From positions 1-29,842 of the IMG/VR virus record IMGVR_UViG_3300030433_000547: 29,842 bases of DNA; one strand, 5' to 3'. Of this stretch, positions 1-8,785 are shown piece by piece (positions within the stretch are counted from its first letter, which is position 1; each line of letters begins with the position of its first letter). A program made the position numbers and the translations under genes. Origin of the DNA: a virus. Its lineage: Duplodnaviria > Caudoviricetes. Under the pieces are notes generated by a model. That model was not told the origin of the DNA and did not search any database. It saw only the letters and a program-made list of their open reading frames with translations.

Positions 1-41
1 CACATTGTGCCGCTAAAAAAAGGCGAAGTAGTAAGAGGTGA
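1..41 (+). CDS. C-terminal end of a small basic phage protein (partial)
   Basis: Frame starting at base 3 reads HCAAKKRRSSKR-TGA; resembles the ...AHCAGRKK C-terminus I recall from small basic marine-phage proteins. Truncated by window edge. Confidence 0.4.
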   Translation, partial: HCAAKKRRSSKR

Positions 42-114
42 GCCAGTAAAAGTATGTTTAAGATGCAAAAAAAAAGAATGGATGTGCAATTGCTGGAAGT
101 TAAAAAGGAGATAA
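7..114 (+). CDS. Possible 35-aa Cys-rich basic peptide
   Basis: GTG at 7, reads (M)PLKKGEVVRGEPVKVCLRCKKKEWMCNCWKLKRR-TAA; CxxC...CxC; stop 3 nt before the next ATG. Frame is open to the window edge so start is uncertain. Confidence 0.4.
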   Translation: MPLKKGEVVRGEPVKVCLRCKKKEWMCNCWKLKRR

Positions 115-117
115 ATT

Positions 118-399
118 ATGCCTAAAGACGCTTGTTATCATAAAGTAAAAGCTAGATATAGGGTTTTTCCGTCAGCTTATGCTTCAGGAGCTATTGCAAA
201 ATGCCGTAAGGTGGGTGCAGCAAACTATGGCAAAGGTGGTAAAAAGGCTAAGAAAAAAGCTATGGGTGGTGTAGTTGAGATGAAAAATGGCGGAAATGTG
301 TCAAAGGGTAAAGTCAAACGACCATCTAAAAATCCTAATATTGCAAGGGGTTGTGGTGCAGTTATGAGCAATAGAAGAAAAGTAACAAAGTTTAGATAA
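118..399 (+). CDS. Small K/R-rich hypothetical phage protein
   Basis: AAGGAG SD upstream; 93 aa, highly basic, PSAYAS motif, xGG motifs (AMGG, KNGG). Confidence 0.85.
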   Translation: MPKDACYHKVKARYRVFPSAYASGAIAKCRKVGAANYGKGGKKAKKKAMGGVVEMKNGGNVSKGKVKRPSKNPNIARGCGAVMSNRRKVTKFR

Positions 400-680
400 T
401 GGCTGTTAGAAAAACAAAAGCTGGTTTAGCTCTCAAGCGTTGGTTTAAGGAGGACTGGAAAGATGTTAGGACAGGTAAAAAATGTGGTCGTCAAAAGGGT
501 GAAAAACGTGGCACGCCTTATTGTCGTCCAAGTAAAAGGATTAGCAAGAAAACTCCGAAAACTGTTTCGGAAATGTCTGCCTCAGAAAAAAGAAAACGTA
601 TCGCACAAAAGAAAAGATTAGGGCAACCAGCAGGTAAGCCAAGAAGAGTGGCGGCCGCTAGGCGTAGAAAGAAAAAGTAA
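399..680 (+). CDS. Small K/R-rich hypothetical phage protein (DUF5872-like)
   Basis: TAATG coupling; LKRWFKEDW..CGR..PYCRP..R.S.KTP motif typical of marine-phage basic proteins. Confidence 0.8.
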   Translation: MAVRKTKAGLALKRWFKEDWKDVRTGKKCGRQKGEKRGTPYCRPSKRISKKTPKTVSEMSASEKRKRIAQKKRLGQPAGKPRRVAAARRRKKK

Positions 681-1255
681 TGGATGATTACAAAAATCTT
701 GAAGATCAAATTTGTGAAGAAATTCGTGAGTGGTCAAGATTTGCATTAGAAAAACCAAACAAAAATTATAATAACCTTCCATCTTGTCCTTTTGCTAAGA
801 CAGCATGGAAAGACAAAAAAGTAAGTTTTGCATTTAAAAACACCAGTTCATATTATTGCTTAGATACTTTAATAGATTGTTTCAAAGACAACAAAGACTT
901 AATAATTATTGTTGATATGTGCTTTGAAAATAATCAAAAATTTCATAAACATTTAAGCAACACAAATGAAAAAATTCAACAAGGCAAATATAAACAAAAA
1001 GATATTTGGCTAATGGGATTCCACCCTGACGATGATGTAAATGAGCTCATAGATGATGGCACGTTTACAAATCTCGTAAAGGAAGAATATGCTTTGATAT
1101 TCGTACAACGATTAACAAAGCTACAAGAAAGTGCAAATAAATTGAAGAAACTTGGTTATTATGATAAATATTATAATGAATACAATGTTGAAGATATTTA
1201 TGAGCAAAGACAACAATACTATAACAATCTTAAAAGGAGTGAAGTATGGCAATGA
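680..1255 (+). CDS. Hypothetical protein, DUF1415-like
   Basis: TAATG coupling; CPFAK and GFHPDD motifs resemble DUF1415. Confidence 0.7.
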   Translation: MDDYKNLEDQICEEIREWSRFALEKPNKNYNNLPSCPFAKTAWKDKKVSFAFKNTSSYYCLDTLIDCFKDNKDLIIIVDMCFENNQKFHKHLSNTNEKIQQGKYKQKDIWLMGFHPDDDVNELIDDGTFTNLVKEEYALIFVQRLTKLQESANKLKKLGYYDKYYNEYNVEDIYEQRQQYYNNLKRSEVWQ

Positions 1256-1422
1256 GTCCTAGAAAAATGATGGCTATGTCTAAAGATTTAGCTAAAGCTG
1301 CTAAAATGATGGAAGGCGGCAAAGTCAAAAAGATGAGAGGCGGTGGCATGGCTATGAAACCAAAGAAAATGCGTGGTGGTGGTATGGCTATGAAGAAGAT
1401 GAAAAAAGGTGGTAAAGCCTAA
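1246..1422 (+). CDS. 58-aa Met/Lys/Gly-rich peptide (missing from ORF track)
   Basis: AAGGAG SD at about 1234-1239; MAMSPRKMMAMSKDLAKAAKMMEGGKVKKMRGGGMAMKPKKMRGGGMAMKKMKKGGKA-TAA; stop overlaps next ATG (TAATG); fills the gap exactly. Confidence 0.85.
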   Translation: MAMSPRKMMAMSKDLAKAAKMMEGGKVKKMRGGGMAMKPKKMRGGGMAMKKMKKGGKA

Positions 1423-2090
1423 TGACCACCTCGAGCTCTACTGACTTTAATTTAGATGTAGCTGAGTACATTGAAGAAGCTTTTGAGAGATGTGGCTTAG
1501 AAGCTAAAACTGGTTATGATTTGCAAACTGCCAGGCGTTCTATGAATATTATGCTTGCGGAGTGGGCAAATCGTGGCCTTAATCAATGGACTATTGAGCA
1601 AAGAACTCAAGCTTTGACAGCTAATGATTCAGAGTATAGCTTATCGACTGATATTATCGATATATTATCATTGGTTGTAAGAAGAGATGGTACAGATTTT
1701 AGCATGACTAGAATAAGTAGAGATACTTTTATAAACTTACCAAACAAAACATCTACAAGTAGACCGACACAATATTTTTTAGATAGGCAAATAACACCTA
1801 ATTTAAAACTATATCCAACACCAGAAAACAGCACAGATGTTATTGTATTTGATGCTTTAACACGAATACAAGACGCAGATACGCAAGTTAATACTATGGA
1901 GATACCTTTTAGATTTATTCCTTGTTTAACAGCTGGACTAGCTTATTACATAGCTATGAAAAGAGCACCTGACAGAATCCAATTATTAAAAAATGTATAT
2001 GAAGAAGAATTTGAAAGAGCAATGGCAGAAGATAGAGATAGGTCAGCATTTAATGTATCACCAAAACTTGATTATTATAAGGTGGGATAA
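1422..2090 (+). CDS. Putative head-tail adaptor / tail tubular protein A-like
   Basis: 222 aa; IEEAFERCG, W.NRGLN.W, P.QY..DR...P.L.LYP.P pattern of podoviral adaptor proteins; first gene of neck module. Confidence 0.65.
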   Translation: MTTSSSTDFNLDVAEYIEEAFERCGLEAKTGYDLQTARRSMNIMLAEWANRGLNQWTIEQRTQALTANDSEYSLSTDIIDILSLVVRRDGTDFSMTRISRDTFINLPNKTSTSRPTQYFLDRQITPNLKLYPTPENSTDVIVFDALTRIQDADTQVNTMEIPFRFIPCLTAGLAYYIAMKRAPDRIQLLKNVYEEEFERAMAEDRDRSAFNVSPKLDYYKVG

Positions 2091-2404
2091 TGCCTTTTGC
2101 TAGTGGTAAATATGCTTATAGAATATCTGACAGGTCTGGATTTAGGTATCGATTAAAAGATACAAGAAAAGAATGGAATGGTTCCATAGTGGGCAAAGAC
2201 GAGTATGAGGAAAAACACCCACAACTTGAACCAGTAAGATCAACACCTGATGCTGAGGCAATAAGAGATGCAAGGCCTGACACTAAAGACGACAATAAAA
2301 AGTTTACACTGTACACTAATACTGGATTAGGTAATTTAGGAACTTTGTTAACAGCATTTAGCGCCACCGCTTCAGTTGGAACAGTAACAGTGAGCACGTC
2401 ATGA
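2090..2404 (+). CDS. Conserved hypothetical virion-module protein
   Basis: TAATG coupling; SDRSGFRY..KEWNG..KHPQ; C-terminal SATASVGTVTV repeat unit. Confidence 0.75.
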   Translation: MPFASGKYAYRISDRSGFRYRLKDTRKEWNGSIVGKDEYEEKHPQLEPVRSTPDAEAIRDARPDTKDDNKKFTLYTNTGLGNLGTLLTAFSATASVGTVTVSTS

Positions 2405-3048
2405 GTTTTACACTTACAACATTAACTTCGTCTATACAAGAATGGACCCAAAATGATGAATCTACTTTTGTAGCAGAAATACCTTTTTTTATAAAAAATG
2501 CAGAGGAAAGAATTTTCAAAACTGTTGATCTTGATTTTTTTAGAAAAAATGTAACGGGTGGAATGACAAGTGGAAATAAATTTTTACAAAAGCCAAGTGA
2601 TTACTTAGCAACCTTTTCATTGTCTTATGTTAACTCAAGCAGTCAGAATGTGTTTCTTTTACAAAAAGATGTGAATTACATTCAAGAATTTACTCCTAAT
2701 CCTAGCACAACTGGCTCTCCGAGATTTTATTCTTCATTTGATGTTGATAATTTTATAGTAGCACCTACTCCAGATTCAGATTATAGTGTTGAATTACATT
2801 ATTATTATAGACCAGCATCATTAACTACAGATAATTCAGGAACCACTTGGATAAGCACAAACGCACCAGATGCTTTGCTGTACGCTTGTTTAGTTGAAGC
2901 TTATACATTTATGAAGGGTGAAAATGATTTAATACAACTTTATACAGCAAGATTTACTGAAGCTATGGCCAGATTAAAAATCTATGGAGAAGCACAAGAA
3001 AACACAGATGCTTATAGGGAGGGCTTAGTAAGAATCCCAAAACAATAA
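2401..3048 (+). CDS. Putative neck/adaptor protein
   Basis: ATGA overlap; FI.NAEERI, G.PR.Y, APTPD..Y.VELHY, APDALLYA.L.EA motifs typical of phage adaptor-like proteins. Confidence 0.65.
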   Translation: MSFTLTTLTSSIQEWTQNDESTFVAEIPFFIKNAEERIFKTVDLDFFRKNVTGGMTSGNKFLQKPSDYLATFSLSYVNSSSQNVFLLQKDVNYIQEFTPNPSTTGSPRFYSSFDVDNFIVAPTPDSDYSVELHYYYRPASLTTDNSGTTWISTNAPDALLYACLVEAYTFMKGENDLIQLYTARFTEAMARLKIYGEAQENTDAYREGLVRIPKQ

Positions 3049-3060
3049 GAAGGTAGCAAC

Positions 3061-3783
3061 ATGAAAAAAATTAAAAGCGTAGCTATTGTTGGTTTAGGCA
3101 ATAGTTTTTCCGAATATATTTTAGCCAAGATAAGAAGTGAAAAGTTTGATGAGGTTTGGGCAATAAACTCTATGTCTGCTGTTATTTATCACGATAAATG
3201 TTTTATGATGGACCCACCATCAAGATTTTTAGATACGCCTAATGCTGGTAAGCAAACGAATATAATGGCAGATAGGTTAAGACAAAAAATAAATGTACCT
3301 ATTTTTAGTTGTACTTTAGATAAAAGATGTCCAGATGTCGTTGAGTTTCCATTACAAGAGGTCTTGCAAAAGACTGGATACGCTTATCTAAATAACACTG
3401 TAGCCTATTCGTTTGCATATGCTATATCGCAAAAAGTTACAGATTTACATTTATATGGAATTGATTTTACTCACAAGGCGATCAACTTTGCAGAAGCGGG
3501 TAGGGCTTGTTGTGAGTTTTGGTTAGCCATTGCCATATCCAAGGGTATCAAAGTAAACATTGCACACAATTCATCTTTACTTGATATGAACGTACCAGAA
3601 GATCAAAAGTTATATGGATATCATAGACTAGATGATCCGCTTGTATCTAGTGCAACAAATGGAAGTATGCTTATTACAAGAAAATCTAAATTAGAACCAC
3701 CAGAGCCATTAGATGCAACACCAAATATTATTGGAAGAGAGGATATACCTGGAGTAACTTACGAGGAGAAAAAAGATGTTTAA
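3061..3783 (+). CDS. Glycosyltransferase-like protein (Maf/DUF115/CstII-like Rossmann fold)
   Basis: N-terminal VAIVGLGNS, EVWAIN, NTVAYSFAYAI and LHLYGIDF match the hhhhG.G.S ... h.hN ... S/T..A...A ... hhL.GhD pattern of this superfamily. Confidence 0.55.
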   Translation: MKKIKSVAIVGLGNSFSEYILAKIRSEKFDEVWAINSMSAVIYHDKCFMMDPPSRFLDTPNAGKQTNIMADRLRQKINVPIFSCTLDKRCPDVVEFPLQEVLQKTGYAYLNNTVAYSFAYAISQKVTDLHLYGIDFTHKAINFAEAGRACCEFWLAIAISKGIKVNIAHNSSLLDMNVPEDQKLYGYHRLDDPLVSSATNGSMLITRKSKLEPPEPLDATPNIIGREDIPGVTYEEKKDV

Positions 3784-4063
3784 CGTAAATGTATCACAAC
3801 TAGGCAGTGTAGTTGTAAAAACCTCAGAACAAGGAGGTTTGAGCAATGAACAAATAGCAGATTTAGCCGTAGAAAAAATTGCAAGCGTATCAGAAAATGC
3901 ACCCCCACATTTAAAAGAGCAAGCCAAATTATTTAAAGAGCAACTCAAAGGAATAATCCATCATTATCTTCTCTTGGCAAGAAAAGAGGAACGTGGTACT
4001 ATAATTCAAGCCTTGCGATCAAGTGGTCACAAGGAAATGGCTGAATATATAAGGAGACTCTAA
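3776..4063 (+). CDS. Hypothetical protein
   Basis: GAGGAG SD; overlaps previous stop; 95 aa. Confidence 0.8.
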   Translation: MFNVNVSQLGSVVVKTSEQGGLSNEQIADLAVEKIASVSENAPPHLKEQAKLFKEQLKGIIHHYLLLARKEERGTIIQALRSSGHKEMAEYIRRL

Positions 4064-4064
4064 T

Positions 4065-4520
4065 ATGGCTATAGCACAAGCAATGTGTACTTCCTTCAAG
4101 AAAGAGTTGTTAGAAGGTGTACACAATTTTAAAAACTCTGGTGGAGACACCTTTAAACTAGCACTTTTCGCAGAGGGAAGTGGTGGAAAATCATCAACAA
4201 CTGCAACATTAGGAGCATCAACAACTGCACTTGTTACAACTGGTGAAGTTGCTTCAAGTGGTACTTATGCAACAGGTGGTGGCTCTTTGACAAGAGTGGA
4301 TCCAACTACTTCTGGTACAACTGCATTTACAGATTTTGCTGATTTAAGTTTTACCACTGCAACAATTACTGCGATGGGAGCGTTAATATATAATAGTTCT
4401 GACAGTAATAAAGCAGTTGCTGTTTTAGATTTTACATCTAATAAAACATCTACAGCAGGCACTTTTACAATTCAATTTCCAACAGCAGACGCATCAAACG
4501 CTATTATTAGAATAGCCTAA
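4065..4520 (+). CDS. Virion structural (tail-associated) protein
   Basis: AAGGAG SD; Thr/Ser/Gly-rich beta protein with C.SFK.ELL.G.H.F, FKLAL, ALIYN, AV.VLDF, GTFTIQFP motifs common in phage tail modules. Confidence 0.7.
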   Translation: MAIAQAMCTSFKKELLEGVHNFKNSGGDTFKLALFAEGSGGKSSTTATLGASTTALVTTGEVASSGTYATGGGSLTRVDPTTSGTTAFTDFADLSFTTATITAMGALIYNSSDSNKAVAVLDFTSNKTSTAGTFTIQFPTADASNAIIRIA

Positions 4521-4534
4521 CAAAAGGCTAACCA

Positions 4535-6457
4535 ATGGCGAACATTACTGGTTGGGGTCGAGGCACATGGGGTGAAGGAGCATGGAATGCTCCTCTAGCC
4601 GTTGAAGTTACAGGTGTTGCTGGCACTACTGCATTAGGCAGTGAGACAGTTGCTGCTGGAGCTAGTGCTGTTATTGACTTTAGAGATAGCCTTATGGCTA
4701 CATCATTCAGTCAAGAATTTGGCTTGACTGTAGATGGCTTTGTCAACGATGGGCAAGTAATAAGTAGTGGCTCAGACCTTGAGGACATCACAACCACTGA
4801 AAGAGCACAAGATATTGTTCTTGCAGCAGAAATGGATCTGCCTTCTTCTTTTTCAAAAGCCTCTTGTATTTGGGAACTTGGAGGCACTGGAACTGGAGTT
4901 TGGTTTGGTATATCAGAACAAAGTGGTGCTTACTTTTTAAGATTTAGAGCAGGATCTGGAACAGATGGTGGTAATACTGCTACCAATAATCGTGCTATAA
5001 CACAAGTAGCAGTATCAACTTTACCTCAATTTTTTGATGGAAATACTCATACAGTTGTTTGGGCAATAGATGTAAGTGCTGGTAAACTAGAAATATATAT
5101 AGACGGACAACTTGTTTCAGAAGGAACAACGTCTGACGGCAGTTCTTTAGGTTCTTGGGCTGGTTCTGCTAATGGTGCTTTTGGTACGTCCAATGGCTCT
5201 ATTGCTGGTGGTGATTCAGACGATGGTTCTACTCAGTTTCAATCTGGTGATGCTTTTACTGGAACAATTCGTAGTGATCTACGAATGTATAAAAATGAAT
5301 TTATTGCCACTCAAACTAATTCAACACAAACTGGAACATCTGTAGTTGCTGTTACTGGCAATCAAGCATCTGGACAACTAGGAGATGAGGTAACAAGACC
5401 TCAAGGTGTCTTTGGTGTAACTGGTGTACAGGGTACTGGTGCTATTGGTCTTTTTGAAGCGGCAGGTCAGACAGTTGTATCTCCTACAGCCGCTGGAGCA
5501 ACGGGTGCAGTTGGCAACACAGTTGAAAGCGGTACTGCTAAAGTTACACCTACAGGTGTCGCTGGAACTTCTGCTTTAGGCGAAGAGGGAACAACGGCAG
5601 GTTCTTTAGTTATTGAAACTGGACTGTCTGGGACAACTGCTCTTGGCACAGTTACTGTTGTACCATCAATAGAAGTCGTGCCGACTGGTGTATCTAGCAC
5701 TGGTGGTATTGGTGATGCTTTAGCAGCGGGTGGTGCTAAAGTTGTAGAAGATGCGATAGTAGGCACAGTTAATATAGGAGACGAGGCTGTTAGTGCTGGT
5801 GCGAATGTTTCAGTCACTGGAGTAAGTGCTGCTGCTGACGTAAGTCAACTTAGAAAAGATCCAATTTCCTTATCTGTCATAGTTTATAATGATGGTGGAG
5901 GAAATAAATATTACATCGATAATGTTAAACAAGCCACTTTAACTCTGTATGTAGGAAATACTTATAGATTTGATCAAAGCGACTCTAGTAATGATGGTCA
6001 TCCTTTAAGGTTGAGCTCTGTTTCAGGCGGCACACATAGTGATGGTCCAGAATACACTGTTGGCGTGACAATAGTTGGAACTCCAGGCACCTCTGGAGCT
6101 TATACAGAAATTGTCATAACAGAGGATACCCCTACGTTATATTATTATTGTAGTAACCACGCGGCGATGGGTGGACAGGCAAACATGGCTTTTGCTATTG
6201 TTGCGACAGGAGGAGCAGGCGTAAGTCCGACTACAGTAACTGGCACAACAGCCTTGGGCGAGGAAACGATTGATTTAACTTTAATTATTTTTCCTACTGG
6301 TGTTTCTGGATCAAATGAGATTGGAACACTTGCCATAGTGCCTCAATCTGTGGTATCTTTAACGGGAGTTAGTGCTACTGGTAACAGTGGTGAAGAACAA
6401 GTTTTTAGTTTGATAACACCTACTCAAGTAGCTAACTGGGTAGAAACAGCGGCTTAA
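4535..6457 (+). CDS. Tail appendage protein: TG-repeat scaffold with LamG/ConA-like and cupredoxin-like inserted domains
   Basis: 640 aa; N-terminal GWGRGTWG; many V..TGV.GT.ALG repeats; insert 1 (about aa 48-265) has DGNTHTVV..LEIYIDGQLV..FTGTI..LRMY; insert 2 has GHP...YYYCSNHAAMGG. Confidence 0.7.
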   Translation: MANITGWGRGTWGEGAWNAPLAVEVTGVAGTTALGSETVAAGASAVIDFRDSLMATSFSQEFGLTVDGFVNDGQVISSGSDLEDITTTERAQDIVLAAEMDLPSSFSKASCIWELGGTGTGVWFGISEQSGAYFLRFRAGSGTDGGNTATNNRAITQVAVSTLPQFFDGNTHTVVWAIDVSAGKLEIYIDGQLVSEGTTSDGSSLGSWAGSANGAFGTSNGSIAGGDSDDGSTQFQSGDAFTGTIRSDLRMYKNEFIATQTNSTQTGTSVVAVTGNQASGQLGDEVTRPQGVFGVTGVQGTGAIGLFEAAGQTVVSPTAAGATGAVGNTVESGTAKVTPTGVAGTSALGEEGTTAGSLVIETGLSGTTALGTVTVVPSIEVVPTGVSSTGGIGDALAAGGAKVVEDAIVGTVNIGDEAVSAGANVSVTGVSAAADVSQLRKDPISLSVIVYNDGGGNKYYIDNVKQATLTLYVGNTYRFDQSDSSNDGHPLRLSSVSGGTHSDGPEYTVGVTIVGTPGTSGAYTEIVITEDTPTLYYYCSNHAAMGGQANMAFAIVATGGAGVSPTTVTGTTALGEETIDLTLIIFPTGVSGSNEIGTLAIVPQSVVSLTGVSATGNSGEEQVFSLITPTQVANWVETAA

Positions 6458-6471
6458 CAAAAGGAAAGTAT

Positions 6472-7797
6472 ATGGCTAGTACATTTGTAAATAATCTTAG
6501 ACTTGAAGAAATGGCGACTGGAGAGCAGTCGGGTAACTGGGGTACAAAAACGAATACGAACTTAGAACTTATAGGTGAAGCATTAGGTTTTGGCACAGAG
6601 GGTATAACAACAAACGCAGATACTCATACAACGACAGTAGCAGATGCTTCAAGCGATCCTGGTAGAGCTATGTTTATTAAATATACTGGCACGTTGGATT
6701 CAGCTTGTACTATAACAATAGCACCAAACACCTTAAATAGAGTGCATATTATTGAAAACGGAACAAGTGGTTCACAAAATATAATTATATCTCAAGGTTC
6801 TGGTGCAAATGTAACAATAGCACCTGGAACTGCAAAAGTTGTGTATTTAGATGGAGCAGGTTCTGGTGCAGCGGTTGTAGATGCTTTTGCACATCTCGCT
6901 GCAGTTGATCTAACTGTAGATGATGATTTAATTGTTGGAGATGATTTAACTTTTAGCTCAGATAGTGCGGTTGTTACTTTTGGTGCAGATGGAGATACAA
7001 CTTTAACACATACAGATGGTACAGGATTAACCTTAAATAGCACCAACAAATTATGTTTTGGGGACACAGGTACTTTTATACATCAATCAGCAGATGGAGT
7101 GCTTGATTTAGTCTCAGACAGTGAGGTCGAAATAAATGGATCAACTATTGATATCAATGGTGATGTTGATATTAGTGGCACGACAGTATCAGGTGGTAAA
7201 ATTACTGCTGATGCAGGTATAGATATTGATAACTTTAATATTGATGGAACAACTATTGCTTTATCTTCAGGTGATATGACACTAGATGCAGCGGGAGACA
7301 TTGTTCTTGATGCAGATGGTGCTGATGTTATATTTAAAGATGATGGAACGACCATCGCTAAGTTTACAAATTCTTCAAGTGACTTCGTAATTACCACGGA
7401 TGTTGACGATAAAGATTTTATTGTAAAAGGACAAGATTCAACAAGTGAAATAACAGCTATGACTTTAGATATGTCTGCGGCTGGTGCAGCTACTTTTAAT
7501 AATGATGTAACTGCTTTTTCTGATAAAAGATTAAAAACAGATATTTCTAATATTGAAAATGCTTTGGATAAAGTAACTCGTATGCAAGGTGTGTACTACA
7601 AAAGAAACGATGTTAGTGATCCTAGACAACAGATAGGAGTTTTAGCACAAGACATGGAAGAAGTTTTACCAGAAGTTGTGTTAACAGCAGAAGATGAAAT
7701 GCAAACTAAATCAGTTGATTATGGTAAACTAACAGCAGTTTTGATTGAAGCAATCAAAGACTTAAAAGCAGAAATTGATGAATTAAAGAAGGGGTAA
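6472..7797 (+). CDS. Tail fibre with C-terminal peptidase S74 intramolecular chaperone
   Basis: SDKRLKTDI..NALDKV..GV.Y...GVLAQD.E.VLPEVV..SVDYGKL.AVLIEAIK plus terminal coiled coil; N-terminal G.WG..TN.N tail-attachment motif. Confidence 0.85.
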   Translation: MASTFVNNLRLEEMATGEQSGNWGTKTNTNLELIGEALGFGTEGITTNADTHTTTVADASSDPGRAMFIKYTGTLDSACTITIAPNTLNRVHIIENGTSGSQNIIISQGSGANVTIAPGTAKVVYLDGAGSGAAVVDAFAHLAAVDLTVDDDLIVGDDLTFSSDSAVVTFGADGDTTLTHTDGTGLTLNSTNKLCFGDTGTFIHQSADGVLDLVSDSEVEINGSTIDINGDVDISGTTVSGGKITADAGIDIDNFNIDGTTIALSSGDMTLDAAGDIVLDADGADVIFKDDGTTIAKFTNSSSDFVITTDVDDKDFIVKGQDSTSEITAMTLDMSAAGAATFNNDVTAFSDKRLKTDISNIENALDKVTRMQGVYYKRNDVSDPRQQIGVLAQDMEEVLPEVVLTAEDEMQTKSVDYGKLTAVLIEAIKDLKAEIDELKKG

Positions 7798-7800
7798 TAT

Positions 7801-8784
7801 ATGGCAATACCATCAAGTGGATCTTTAGCTCTATCGGCAATACAAACAGAATTTGGTGGGTCAAACCCCATAAGTATGAGTGAATATTATGCTGGAGGCA
7901 GTAATGTACCATCTGGTACACAAGATGGTGACGGAAATGCTATACCTTCATCTGGTGCATTAGCGATATCTGACTTTTACGACACTTCTGCTCAAAACTA
8001 CAATCAAGCAACTGGTGGAACTGTAACCACAAGTGGCAATGATAAAATACACACATTTACATCATCAGGTACTTTCTCCGTATCTGCCCTTAGTAATGTG
8101 GGAAGTAGTACTGAAAATTTAGAGGTATTGCTTGTTGCTGGTGGAGGTGGTGGTGGAGCAGTGCCTAGCCATGCTGGAGGCGGTGGCGGTGGTGGAGCAG
8201 GAGGAGTGCTGCACTACAACAATAACTTAACACCTCAAGTCGCAGATTATACTATAACTATTGGTGGTGGAGGTGGACAAACAAGCAATGGAAGTGCTTC
8301 CTCTATGTCTGGAAGTGGCATAAGCGTTAGCGTAACTGGTGGTGGGAAAGGTGGAAACGGAGTCAGTGGTGGTTCAACTGGTGGAGCATCAGGTGGTGGG
8401 ACATATGGAACATCTCCAACTAGAGCTTCTATTTCAGGACAAGGCAATACTGGAGGACATGGTGGAGCAGGACCTCAATTCTCTGGTGGAGGCGGAGGTG
8501 GAAAAGGATCTGCTGGAAGTCCTGGAGCTAGTCATGGCAATGGATCAGGAGGTTCAGGAAGTGCCTTTTCAACAAGAGGTTCGTCAGTAACATATGGCGG
8601 AGGCGGAGGCGGTCGAGGTAGAAATTTCTCTGGTAGCGGTGGCTCTGGTGGCGGTGGCAATGCTCTTTCCGCTGGAAGTGCTAATACTGGTGGCGGCGGA
8701 GGCGGCGGTGGCTCTGGATATGGTGCTGGAGGTACTGGTGGTTCTGGAATAGTTGTAATACGCTATCAATTTCAGGCTGGATAA
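7801..8784 (+). CDS. Glycine-rich tail-tip / receptor-binding protein
   Basis: N-terminal IQTEFGGSNPISMSEYY; IHTFTSSGTF, LLVAGGGGGG, repeated polyglycine runs, GGSGIVVIRY end; follows the fibre gene like gp38-type adhesins. Confidence 0.75.
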   Translation: MAIPSSGSLALSAIQTEFGGSNPISMSEYYAGGSNVPSGTQDGDGNAIPSSGALAISDFYDTSAQNYNQATGGTVTTSGNDKIHTFTSSGTFSVSALSNVGSSTENLEVLLVAGGGGGGAVPSHAGGGGGGGAGGVLHYNNNLTPQVADYTITIGGGGGQTSNGSASSMSGSGISVSVTGGGKGGNGVSGGSTGGASGGGTYGTSPTRASISGQGNTGGHGGAGPQFSGGGGGGKGSAGSPGASHGNGSGGSGSAFSTRGSSVTYGGGGGGRGRNFSGSGGSGGGGNALSAGSANTGGGGGGGGSGYGAGGTGGSGIVVIRYQFQAG

Positions 8785-8785
8785 T

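Noticed and set aside
8130-8750. GGT/GGC/GGA-rich tract as DNA repeat or G-quadruplex element
   Set aside because: Third positions vary; fully explained by polyglycine coding.
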